NCBI GenBank assembly: GCA_965248695.1
Contig: CBDFKD010000002.1
Span: 4,864,001 to 4,928,000 of the forward strand
DNA: 64,000 bases
Direction of reading: 5' to 3'
Source of the DNA: Acidobacteriota bacterium
Lineage (GTDB): Bacteria; Acidobacteriota; UBA890; WLXD01
Shown piece by piece: positions 38,917 to 48,137 of the stretch; the stretch's first letter is position 1; the number at the start of each line of letters is the position of its first letter. The notes under the pieces are model-generated. The model was not told where the DNA came from. It was given only the letters and a program-made list of their open reading frames with translations, and did not search any database. Made by a program: the position numbers and the translations under genes.

Positions 38917-40110
38917 ATGACCGAGCCGTCTAGGCTCCACGGCGAGCTACTCGTGGTCGCCGGAGAGGCGTCTGGTGACCTGCACGGCAGCAGCCTTATC
39001 CGGGAAATCAAGCGGCTGGAGCCGCACGTCGAGGTCACCGCGATCGGCGGGGATCTCATGGAAGCGGCCGGCGCCGAGTTGCTGGTGCACTACCGTAACC
39101 TGGCCGTTGTCGGCATCACCGAAGTGGTCCGGCATCTCGGGGATATCCGCCGCGCCATGCGTTGTGTGCTCGAGGCGGCTGGCCGGCAGCGGGTGCGGGC
39201 CGTCGTGTTGATCGACTACCCCGATTTCAACCTGACGCTTGCTCGCCGTTTGCGCCGCGCGCGGCCTGACTTGCCCATCGTCTACTACATAAGCCCCCAG
39301 GTTTGGGCCTGGCGCCGAGGCCGTGTCGGTCAGATCGCCCGCCTGGTCGATCACATGCTGGTGATCTTGCCGTTCGAGAAGGCGCTCTACGAAGGGGCCG
39401 GACTTCCCGTCGACTTCGTCGGGCATCCGCTGCTCGACGTGATCCCGGCCGCCGGTGACGCCGACGCTTTTGCTGCGCGCAACGGTCTCGATTCCGATCG
39501 TATCTGGGTCGGGCTGCTGCCCGGCAGTCGGCGTGCCGAGGTCGAGCGCCTGTTGCCGGCGATGCTGGGCGCCGCTGCGCAGCTGTCTACGAGTGGTGAC
39601 TACGAGTTCATCATTCCGGTGGCGACGGCGCTGGACACCGGGATCTACCGGCAGGTTCTCGACCGCCATCCGGATCGTCTGACCCAGCGTGTGCATCTGA
39701 TCGGGGGCGACACCTACGAGGCGGTGCGGCATGCCCGGGCGGCGGTCGTGTGCTCGGGTACCGCGACCCTGGAGGTAGCGCTCCTCGGGACGCCCGAAGT
39801 GGTCGTTTACAGGACATCCTGGCTCACTTACAATCTCGGAAAGTTACTCGTGCGCATCCCAGATATCGCGCTGGTCAATGTGGTCGCGGGGCATCGCGGC
39901 GTGCCCGAGCTGCTCCAGGACGAGGTTACTCCGGACGCAATCGTTGCCGAGCTGCGACCGTTGCTAGACGACGACGAGCGCAGGAACCGGGTCAAGCGCT
40001 TTCTGACGGACGTACGCTCCAGGCTCGGCGAGCCCGGCGCTTCCTTGCGCGCCGCGCGGGCCGTTGTCGCCAAGTTGACTCCGGCACCGACCGGAGGACC
40101 ACCGATCTGA
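38917..40110 (+). CDS. lpxB: lipid-A-disaccharide synthase
   Basis: AGEASGDLHG, IDYPDFN, SPQVWAWR, FVGHPL, LPGSR, SGTATLE. Confidence 0.96.
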   Translation: MTEPSRLHGELLVVAGEASGDLHGSSLIREIKRLEPHVEVTAIGGDLMEAAGAELLVHYRNLAVVGITEVVRHLGDIRRAMRCVLEAAGRQRVRAVVLIDYPDFNLTLARRLRRARPDLPIVYYISPQVWAWRRGRVGQIARLVDHMLVILPFEKALYEGAGLPVDFVGHPLLDVIPAAGDADAFAARNGLDSDRIWVGLLPGSRRAEVERLLPAMLGAAAQLSTSGDYEFIIPVATALDTGIYRQVLDRHPDRLTQRVHLIGGDTYEAVRHARAAVVCSGTATLEVALLGTPEVVVYRTSWLTYNLGKLLVRIPDIALVNVVAGHRGVPELLQDEVTPDAIVAELRPLLDDDERRNRVKRFLTDVRSRLGEPGASLRAARAVVAKLTPAPTGGPPI

Positions 40111-41918
40111 TGGCCAATCTCAACCGCCTGCTCAGAATGGTCCGACCGTACGCTCCGCGAATGGTCGGCGCCATGATGGCGATGGGCGCCGTGGCGGCCG
40201 CCCACGGTGCCATCCTCTGGATGGTCAAGCCGGTGATCGACAACGCGCTGCAGCCGAGCGCGCAGGCTTCCTATGTGCGCATGCTGGCAGGCGTCATCGT
40301 GCTCCTGTATCTGACGCTGGGGATCGCCCGGTACCTATCGAGCTACCTCATGGGGAGCGTTGGATTCGCCGTGGTCAAGGACCTGCGGGTGGATCTGTAC
40401 CGCCATCTGCAGTTTCTGCCGCTGGCGTTCCACAAACGTCGATCGACCGGTGGCCTCATGTCGCGAGTCACCAGCGACGTGATGGCGATTCAAGAAGCGC
40501 TGACGCGCGTCCTCGTCGACCTGTTGCGCGAGAGCGCCACCTTGACGGTGTACATCGGGATCATGTTCGCCACCGACTGGTTGCTGACCGTGCTGATCCT
40601 GGTATCCGCACCGTTGCTGGTGGCGGTGATCGCCCGACTGGGCCGCGGGCTGCGCCGCGTCAGCCACCAGGCGCAAAGAGGGCTCGGACAGCTGTCCTCG
40701 CTCTTGCAAGAGACGCTGACCGGCATTCGGGTGGTCAAGGCGTTCGGTATGGAAGAGGCCGAGACGGAGAAGTTCCGCCGCTCGGCCGAGCGCCTCTACC
40801 GGCACTCGCTGCACGCCGAGCGGCTGGCGAGCATCGGGTCGCCGCTCATCGAGTTCATCGCCGCCAGCGCCGGTGCGCTGGTAATGGTCTACGGATCTTG
40901 GAGGATCACCAGCGGCAGCCTGACCACCGGGGATCTGGCGCGGGTGCTCTTCGCCACCTTCGCCACCTATGCGCCGTTGCGACGCCTGAGCTCCGCGAAC
41001 GTACGGATCCAAGCAGCCGCTGCGGCCGCCGATCGAATCTACGAAGTCCTCGACGAGCCGCTCGAGCCGCTGCGGGCGGGGTTGGCGGCGGCGGCGGACG
41101 GCGCCGCGAACGTCCTCCCGGGCTCGCATACCGGGCAGCCGATGCCGCCGCTGGTGCACGGGATCCGGCTACGTGAGGTCTCGTTCGCCTACGATGACGC
41201 TCCCGCGGACCGGATCCTGCACGAGATCGACCTGGAGATACCGGCCGGCAGCGCCGTGGCTCTCGTGGGGCCGTCCGGCGCCGGCAAGTCCACGCTGGCG
41301 AACCTCATCCCGCGCTTCTATGTGCCTACCGCGGGCGCGGTCAGCATCGACGGGATCGATCTCAACTCCATCTGCCTCGACGATCTGCGCGAGCAGATTG
41401 CCGTGGTGACTCAGGAAACGATCCTCTTCAACGATAGCGTGCGCAACAACATCGCCTATTGCCAGCCGGGAATTTCGAACGCCGCTGTGGAGCGCGCTGC
41501 GCGCGCCGCATTTGCGCACGATTTCGTCCAGGAGTTGCCCGATGGCTACGACACGATCCTCGGGGAGCTCGGCTTGCGGATCTCGGGAGGGCAACGGCAA
41601 CGGATCGCCATCGCTCGCGCGTTGTTGAAGAACGCCCCGATCCTCATCCTCGATGAAGCCACCAGCAATCTCGACGTGCGCTCTGACCGCCTTGTACAGG
41701 GGGCGCTGGTCAACTTGATGGAAGGTCGTACGACCCTCATCATCGCTCATCGGTTGTCGACCATTCAGGGAGCCGACCTCATCGTGGTGATCGAGGAGGG
41801 GCGGGTGGTCGAGCAGGGGACACACGAGCAGTTGCTGGCGCGGATGGGTGCCTACCAGCGCCTCTACTCGCTGGATTTCGCGGCCGCCGCCGGATCCGGA
41901 TTTGCACTCGAGGGCTGA
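40110..41918 (+). CDS. msbA: MsbA-like lipid A ABC exporter
   Basis: fused TMD and NBD; GPSGAGKST, ISGGQRQRIAIARA, LDEATS; coupled to lpxB. Confidence 0.85.
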   Translation: MANLNRLLRMVRPYAPRMVGAMMAMGAVAAAHGAILWMVKPVIDNALQPSAQASYVRMLAGVIVLLYLTLGIARYLSSYLMGSVGFAVVKDLRVDLYRHLQFLPLAFHKRRSTGGLMSRVTSDVMAIQEALTRVLVDLLRESATLTVYIGIMFATDWLLTVLILVSAPLLVAVIARLGRGLRRVSHQAQRGLGQLSSLLQETLTGIRVVKAFGMEEAETEKFRRSAERLYRHSLHAERLASIGSPLIEFIAASAGALVMVYGSWRITSGSLTTGDLARVLFATFATYAPLRRLSSANVRIQAAAAAADRIYEVLDEPLEPLRAGLAAAADGAANVLPGSHTGQPMPPLVHGIRLREVSFAYDDAPADRILHEIDLEIPAGSAVALVGPSGAGKSTLANLIPRFYVPTAGAVSIDGIDLNSICLDDLREQIAVVTQETILFNDSVRNNIAYCQPGISNAAVERAARAAFAHDFVQELPDGYDTILGELGLRISGGQRQRIAIARALLKNAPILILDEATSNLDVRSDRLVQGALVNLMEGRTTLIIAHRLSTIQGADLIVVIEEGRVVEQGTHEQLLARMGAYQRLYSLDFAAAAGSGFALEG

Positions 41919-41948
41919 GCCCGCGCCCGCTGGCGCGAGGGGCCGGTA

Positions 41949-42650
41949 ATGGCATCTCCGGCGAACGATCCCGTCGTCGGTGACTGGCCCGGTGAAGCCG
42001 AGACACTCGGCGCCTTCAGCCCCCGGGTGCTGATCGCACCTGTGGGCGCGGCCTACTTACGCTTGGTCCACGCCACCATGCGGTTGACGCGCGAGGGTGC
42101 TGCGCTGGCGCTCCCGAAGGACGGCGGCCCGGTAATCTACTGCTTCTGGCACGAGCAGCTGGCGATGATGCCGTGGGTGCAGTTTCGCCCCCCGACCGCG
42201 GTGCCGGTCTCGCGCTCGCGCGACGGTGAGGTGACCGCCCGTCTGTTCGCCTACCTCGGCGTCAAGCCGGTGCGCGGGTCAACCACCCGCGGCGGCGCTG
42301 CGGCGGCGCGCGGTATGCTCCGTGCGGCGCAGCGGGGGCTCGACCTGGGCATTACCCCAGACGGCCCGCGTGGTCCGGCACGGAAGGTTCAGCAGGGGGC
42401 AACATGGATCGCCAAGGCTACCGGCCGACCGCTGCTGCCGGTGGCGTTCAACTGCTCGCGAAGCCGCCGGCTCCGGAGCTGGGATCGGATGTTGATGCCA
42501 TTGCCGTTTGCCCGCGGAGCGTTCGTCTACGGGCCGCATCTGTGGGTACCGCGCGACGCCGACGAGCCGGCGCTCGCGAGCGCTGACCAGAAGCTGGCCG
42601 AGCAGCTCGCCGAGGTCACCCAGCGGGCTGAAGCGCTGTTCCCCCGCTGA
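41949..42650 (+). CDS. DUF374 lysophospholipid acyltransferase family protein (LpxJ-like)
   Basis: FWH, SRSRDGE, RGSTTRGG, ITPDGPRGP, SWDRMLMPLPF; in an operon with lpxB and msbA. Confidence 0.85.
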   Translation: MASPANDPVVGDWPGEAETLGAFSPRVLIAPVGAAYLRLVHATMRLTREGAALALPKDGGPVIYCFWHEQLAMMPWVQFRPPTAVPVSRSRDGEVTARLFAYLGVKPVRGSTTRGGAAAARGMLRAAQRGLDLGITPDGPRGPARKVQQGATWIAKATGRPLLPVAFNCSRSRRLRSWDRMLMPLPFARGAFVYGPHLWVPRDADEPALASADQKLAEQLAEVTQRAEALFPR

Positions 42651-42670
42651 CTTGCCGCAGCGCCGGTCAA

Positions 42671-43633
42671 CTATCGGCAGCACGCGTAGGTGGCCTCTAG
42701 CGCGAAGCGTGCCGCCAGCAGGGCGCCACGGTGGCCCTCGTCGTAGCGCGGCGACAGGCAGCACAGATCGAAGCCCGCCAATGGCCGGGCTGCGGTAGCG
42801 GCGCGCATGAGCGCGAGAATTTCGCGCGGCGCGAGGCCTGCGGCGTCGGGGTACTTTTGCGCCGGGCAGAAGCCCGGGTCGACCACGTCGATATCGAGCG
42901 ATATGTAGACCGCGTCGGCCTGCTGCAGCCGTTCGGTGATCTCGGCTCCGACGGTGGCGAGGTCGCGATCGTCGATCTCCTGCAAAGGCACGATGTGAAC
43001 CCCGTGCTGCCGCGCATAGTCGATCTCGGCCGGCGAGTGTCGTACCCCGCGGGGCCCGACGATGGTGAGGTCCGTGGCCAGCAGGTATTCCTCCTCGATC
43101 AGCGTCCGCCACTGGGAGCCGGCCCACAGTGGGGGAGCGGCGTGCAAGTCGAGATGCGAGTCGAAGACGACGACTGCAAGACGCCGCCGACATCCACGCT
43201 GGAGGCCGCGGATCAACGGAAGCGGCACCAGATGATCGCCACCGATGGCCACCGTCACGCCGCCTGTCGCCGCGACTGCGCTTGCCAGCTCTTCGCTTGC
43301 ATCGAGCGAGTGGTTGCCAGCGTCGACGAGCCGCAGCCGGTCAGACAGGCGGACGAAATCGAGCTCGGCGGCGACCCCGCCATCGTGCTCGAGCGAGTAG
43401 ATGACGCTCGCTTTCCGCACCGCGTCCGGAGCTTCGTCGGCGCCGCGGCGAGCGTAGAACGTCTCGGTCGGCAGGGTTCCCGGCGGATAGAGCGTATGTC
43501 GGTCGCCGACGAGGACACCCTCGTACGGCACACCCAGGAGCACGACACCGGATAGATCGTCGCCAGCGGCCGGCGCTTCGAACAGGGTCGGGACGTCGCC
43601 CTGAAGCATCGGTGCCAGGCGGCGCTCACTCAT
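42671..43633 (-). CDS. ureohydrolase (agmatinase/arginase family)
   Basis: GGDH, DSHLD, SLDIDVVDP metal-binding motifs; start moved to ATG 43633. Confidence 0.88.
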   Translation of the reverse strand: MSERRLAPMLQGDVPTLFEAPAAGDDLSGVVLLGVPYEGVLVGDRHTLYPPGTLPTETFYARRGADEAPDAVRKASVIYSLEHDGGVAAELDFVRLSDRLRLVDAGNHSLDASEELASAVAATGGVTVAIGGDHLVPLPLIRGLQRGCRRRLAVVVFDSHLDLHAAPPLWAGSQWRTLIEEEYLLATDLTIVGPRGVRHSPAEIDYARQHGVHIVPLQEIDDRDLATVGAEITERLQQADAVYISLDIDVVDPGFCPAQKYPDAAGLAPREILALMRAATAARPLAGFDLCCLSPRYDEGHRGALLAARFALEATYACCR

Positions 43634-43685
43634 CTCGGTCGCTCCTTGTCCCGCTCGTCGTCCAAAAGGACCGAGCTTTGGAGGT

Positions 43686-44477
43686 TCACATTCCCGGTGG
43701 CGAGAACCGCCCGTCGATAGCGGTCCAGCCGCCGTCGACGAACAGAACCGTACCGGTAACGTAGCTCGCAGCGTCGGAGGCAAGGAAGACCGCCGGGCCG
43801 GCCATCTCGTCGACCCGCGCCCATCGACCGAGAGCGTTCCGGTCGGCGTAGGCGCCATACCAGGCAGCATTGCTCTTGATCGGTTCGGTCAACGGGGTGT
43901 CGACGACGCCCGGCGCGATGGCATTGACTCGTACGCCGACGGGGCCGAGCTCTGCCGCCAGGGCGCGGACCAGCTGCACGATGCCGGCCTTGGTGGCTGC
44001 GTAGACGCCCTGGCCGGGCTCGACCACTACGGACCGTATGGAGGAATACGCGATGATGCTGCCGCTGCGCTGTCGCGCCATGATTCGGCCGGCGGCCTGG
44101 AGCACATGGAATGTGCCCTTGATGTTGACGTCAAGCACCCGGTCCAGCTCTTCGGGGGCGTAGTCGAGCACCGTCTTGCGGACGTTGACGCCGGGCGTGG
44201 AAACGACCACGTCGACGCGGTCGTGTTGCTCGGCAACCCGCCCCAGGGCACTGCCCACCGCTGCGCTGTCGCGAATGTCCAGGACGGAGCTGCCGGCATT
44301 GCCTCCTGCGTCGCAGATGGATTCAGCTACCTCAGTGGCGGCATCCCCGTTGATATCCAGACAGATTACGTGCGCCCCGGTTGCCCCGAACCCACGTGCC
44401 ACCGCCGCGCCGATTCCCGAGGCGGCGCCGCACACCACCGCCACTCGTTCGTCCAAGCGAAAGCTCGTGTCCCGCAT
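43686..44477 (-). CDS. short-chain dehydrogenase/reductase
   Basis: GAASGIG, YAATK, RVNAIAPG, VDGG. Confidence 0.92.
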   Translation of the reverse strand: MRDTSFRLDERVAVVCGAASGIGAAVARGFGATGAHVICLDINGDAATEVAESICDAGGNAGSSVLDIRDSAAVGSALGRVAEQHDRVDVVVSTPGVNVRKTVLDYAPEELDRVLDVNIKGTFHVLQAAGRIMARQRSGSIIAYSSIRSVVVEPGQGVYAATKAGIVQLVRALAAELGPVGVRVNAIAPGVVDTPLTEPIKSNAAWYGAYADRNALGRWARVDEMAGPAVFLASDAASYVTGTVLFVDGGWTAIDGRFSPPGM

Positions 44478-44560
44478 GTCGGGGCTCCCTCTGTAGTGAG
44501 CAGACAGTATGTTAGGGCAGACAGCGCTGCAGGAACGCTCCGGAACGGGACAACTTATCA

Positions 44561-45826
44561 ATGGCGGATGTGCGCCAGCGCGTGCTACGCGAGATCGAAG
44601 CGGCAGCCGACGAGATCATCACCCTGGCTGCCGACCTCGTTCGGATCCCTACCGTCAACCCGCCCGGCGAAGAGTACCGTGCGGCAGCGGAGCTCATCGG
44701 CGAGGTGCTGGGTTGCGGCCAGATGGAGGTCGAATTCCACCCGGCGCCCGAGCGGCCGGAACACTCGGCCTTTCCGCGCCTGAATGTTGTCGGATCGCTG
44801 GAGGGGACCGCGCCGGGCCCGTGCGTGCACTTCAACGGGCATTTCGACGTGGTGCCACCAGGAGAGGGCTGGACGGTCGATCCGTTCGGCGGAGTGGTCG
44901 ACGCCGGACGATTGCACGGGCGGGGCAGCGCCGACATGAAAGCGGGATTGGCGGCGGCGATCTTCGCGGTAGAAGCGATCCGTCGAGCCGGTGTGGATCG
45001 TCCTGGGCGACTGGAGGTCAGCGGCACCGTGGACGAGGAGAGCGGTGGCCAAGCCGGCGTCGCGCACCTCGCACAGATCGGTCGTATCGCTGTCGGCCGA
45101 ACGGATCACGTCGTCATCCCCGAACCCTTCGGGGTCGATCGGATCTGCCTGGGGCATCGCGGCGTGTATTGGTTTCGGGTTACTGCCCATGGCGTGATGG
45201 CGCATGGCTCGATGCCGCACCTGGGAGTCAATGCCATCGACCGCCTGCAGCCTTTTCTCGAGGCCGTGCGCACTCGGCTTGCGCCAGCGCTCAGCGCCCG
45301 GGTGACGGAAATGCCCGTCGTTCCCGAAGGCTCACGCCGCGCCAGCATCAACGTGAACGCCATAGAGGGCGGTCAGGCCGGTGCCGCGGAGCAGACCCCT
45401 TGTGTTCCCGATCGCTGCTCGGCGACCTTCGATCGACGCTTCCTGCCCGAAGAGTCCTTTGACGAGGTCAAGGACGAGATCGTGCAACTGCTGGCCGCCA
45501 TCGATTCCGGCGCCCAGGCGTTCGAGCTCGATGATCTGCTGCTCGTGCAGCCGACATCGACGGCGCCTGATTCGCGCCTCGTGCACTCGTTCGAGTATGC
45601 GATCGGCGAGATCACCGGGCAACCGGCACGGCTCGTGGCGAGCCCGGGGACGTACGATCACAAGCATGTGGCGCGCCTGGCCGGCGTCGAGAGCTGTGTC
45701 GCTTATGGGCCCGGCGAGCTCGAACAGGCGCACCAGGTGGACGAGTCGTGCGCCGTCGAGGACATCACTACGTCGACACGAGTGATGGCGATGGCCGTTC
45801 TCCACCTGTGGGAACTATCGGGCTGA
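44561..45826 (+). CDS. M20 acetylornithine deacetylase / succinyl-DAP desuccinylase family
   Basis: NGHFDVVP, GRGSADMK, DEESGG, YGPG..QAHQVDE. Confidence 0.92.
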   Translation: MADVRQRVLREIEAAADEIITLAADLVRIPTVNPPGEEYRAAAELIGEVLGCGQMEVEFHPAPERPEHSAFPRLNVVGSLEGTAPGPCVHFNGHFDVVPPGEGWTVDPFGGVVDAGRLHGRGSADMKAGLAAAIFAVEAIRRAGVDRPGRLEVSGTVDEESGGQAGVAHLAQIGRIAVGRTDHVVIPEPFGVDRICLGHRGVYWFRVTAHGVMAHGSMPHLGVNAIDRLQPFLEAVRTRLAPALSARVTEMPVVPEGSRRASINVNAIEGGQAGAAEQTPCVPDRCSATFDRRFLPEESFDEVKDEIVQLLAAIDSGAQAFELDDLLLVQPTSTAPDSRLVHSFEYAIGEITGQPARLVASPGTYDHKHVARLAGVESCVAYGPGELEQAHQVDESCAVEDITTSTRVMAMAVLHLWELSG

Positions 45827-45892
45827 GCCGCGGCGGGGACCGCGCCGCAGGGGGCAGCGGCAGGGCCCCGACCTGCTCGTGTCCTTGTTCTG

Positions 45893-45913
45893 ACTTTCAC
45901 AACGGCCTGCTAG
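45893..45913. repeat. isolated element end ACTTTCACAACGGCCTGCTAG
   Basis: 19/21 identical to 48055-48075 and similar to the inner TIR end at 19721-19739. Confidence 0.7.
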
Positions 45914-45965
45914 GATGCAGCCGAGTTTGCTGATCGCGTTCGAAACATGGGGCTGGAGGCCACTG

Positions 45966-47882
45966 ATGCTGAGACGAGTGTTGTTGACAGGTGCCGTGGT
46001 CGCGGTCGTGGCCGTGACCGGCCTGGCGCTACAGACCCTCCCGGCGCCTGCCTGGGCGCAGCAACAGCCCGAAGCGATCGCCTCCTCCGCCAGCATGGTC
46101 TCGCCCTTCGAGGGGCGATGTGCCTCCTGTCACGACAACCGAAGTCCGGACAGCATGGCACCGAGTCGCCAGACACTTCGCCAGCTGGAACCGGAGCGCG
46201 TGCTCGCCGCGTTGACGACCGGCCCGATGGTGGAGTTCGCCGAGGGCTTCAGCGAGGCTCAGCTAAGGGCAATGGCGGAGCTGGTGACCGGCAAGCCGTT
46301 CGGCGGCAGCGCCGACCGCACAGCGGCGGCGATGAGCAACCCTTGCGCCAGCCCGCTGGCGTTGAACGATCCGTTCGAGCAGCCCGGCTGGAACGGTTGG
46401 AGTCCTGATCCGACGAAATCGCATCGTTACCAGTCACAGGAGGCCGGCGGGTTGACCGCCGCGCAGATGTCGCAGCTGAAGCTCAAGTGGGCGTTCGCGA
46501 TTCCGGGTGCAGCGTCCGCCGCGTGGACGCAGCCGACGGTCGTCGGCGGCGCGTTGTTCATTGGCAGCGACAACAACTTCGTGTACGCCATCGACGCCAA
46601 GACGGGCTGTGTGCACTGGTCCTACGAAGCTCCGGGGCAGGTCCGTACGGCAGTCATCATCGGTGAGATCACCGAGATACCGGGCGTTGACTACGCCGCC
46701 TACTTCGGCGATTACATGGGGTACGTAACGGCGGTCAACGCCGAGACCGGCGAGGAGCTCTGGTCGATGCTCCCCGATGACCACCAGGCGGCCAAGATCA
46801 CCGGCCCGCCAACCCTCGATCCGTCTCCCGGCGGCCATTTGTACGTTGGCGTCTCGTCGTGGGAGCAGATCCCAGGCCGGCAGCTGACCTACGAGTGCTG
46901 CAAGTTCCAGGGCAGCGTAGCGGCGATCAACGTCAACACCGGGGAGGCGGTGTGGAAGACCTTCACCATGACCGAACGTCCTCGACCGCTGCGACGGAAC
47001 TCGGCGGGGACGCAACTGTACGGGCCGGCCGGTGCCGCGGTATGGAACGCGCCGACGATCGATCTCAAGCTGCGGCGGATCTACGCCACTGCCGGAACCT
47101 GCTACATCTCGGAGTTCTTCGAGGAGAAGGTCGGGTTTGACGGCGGTGCTTGTGTCTCGATCATGGCATTCGACATGGACACCGGTGCGCGGGAATGGTC
47201 GACCCAGCTGGTGCCGATGGATCGGCACGGGGGCGGCTGCGGCCGGACACCAGAAGAGATGCGACTCAATTGCCCGGGCTACGTGAACGACCCTGACGAC
47301 GATCCGTCGGGGGCTCCGGTTCTGATTACAGCTGCTGACGGCCGCCGCATGATTATCACCGGCCAGGAGAGCGGACGGACGACGGCGCTCGATCCCGACA
47401 ACAACGGGTCGATCCTCTGGGTGTCGCAGGCCGGGGATCGGCTGGCGGCAGCCAACGGCGGCTTCGGCGGCGCATTCGACGGTGAGTACTACTTCAAGCC
47501 GCTGCCATTCCGCGACGGGACCGGCAGCATCGCAGCGATCCGCCCGACGGACGGCTCCCGCGCCTGGTACACGGAGCTCGAGAAGCCGACGGACTGCGTC
47601 GATCCGGAAGCGCGCCAGTGCTCCTCGGCCAACTGGTCGTCGGCCAGCGCCATCCCTGGCGCCGTGCTCACCGGATCCTGGAACGGCGTGATGCGCTCGT
47701 ACTCCGCCGAGGACGGCACCATCCGCTGCGTGGGGTACTCCCACACGGGGTCCCCGGTTTCGGCGGTGGAATCGGTGGCAGCGCGCCAACGGATCGTCGA
47801 CGGAATGATGTTCATCGGCTCCGGCTATGCGATTCTCGGTGGCGCGCCGGGGAATGTACTGCTGGCCTTCGGCCTGGACTAG
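45966..47882 (+). CDS. cytochrome c-PQQ-dependent dehydrogenase (polyvinyl-alcohol dehydrogenase-like)
   Basis: signal peptide, CASCH heme motif, LKLKWAF, W-docking repeats, CCKFQGS, SGY...PGNVLLAF; GGAGG RBS before 45966; corrupted stretch near the C-terminus. Confidence 0.85.
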   Translation: MLRRVLLTGAVVAVVAVTGLALQTLPAPAWAQQQPEAIASSASMVSPFEGRCASCHDNRSPDSMAPSRQTLRQLEPERVLAALTTGPMVEFAEGFSEAQLRAMAELVTGKPFGGSADRTAAAMSNPCASPLALNDPFEQPGWNGWSPDPTKSHRYQSQEAGGLTAAQMSQLKLKWAFAIPGAASAAWTQPTVVGGALFIGSDNNFVYAIDAKTGCVHWSYEAPGQVRTAVIIGEITEIPGVDYAAYFGDYMGYVTAVNAETGEELWSMLPDDHQAAKITGPPTLDPSPGGHLYVGVSSWEQIPGRQLTYECCKFQGSVAAINVNTGEAVWKTFTMTERPRPLRRNSAGTQLYGPAGAAVWNAPTIDLKLRRIYATAGTCYISEFFEEKVGFDGGACVSIMAFDMDTGAREWSTQLVPMDRHGGGCGRTPEEMRLNCPGYVNDPDDDPSGAPVLITAADGRRMIITGQESGRTTALDPDNNGSILWVSQAGDRLAAANGGFGGAFDGEYYFKPLPFRDGTGSIAAIRPTDGSRAWYTELEKPTDCVDPEARQCSSANWSSASAIPGAVLTGSWNGVMRSYSAEDGTIRCVGYSHTGSPVSAVESVAARQRIVDGMMFIGSGYAILGGAPGNVLLAFGLD

Positions 47883-48075
47883 AGAGGAGGGCCAACGCCG
47901 CAGATGGCCCCAAATCGCCGCAACCCTGTGGGCGACAGGGGTTGCGCGCGTATGCCGCGTCGTTCGTCGGCAACGATGGGGTAACCACCACCACCACCTC
48001 CTCCTCCTCTCTCCTTACCTCCACCTCGCAAGACCCTGTCGCCAGGCCCGCCACACTTCCACCACGGCCTGCTAG
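47879..48075. mobile_element. truncated copy of the hairpin-doublet element, CTAG-bounded
   Basis: GAGGAGGGCCAACGCCGCAGA core, CCC-TGT-GGG spacer, arms GGCGACAGGG/CCCTGTCGCC, end ACCACGGCCTGCTAG. Confidence 0.7.
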
Positions 48076-48137
48076 CCGCGGCCGAGCTCGGGGCGCCGAC
48101 CGAAAGGCCGGCGGCGCCCCTGCTAACATGGCCCGCC

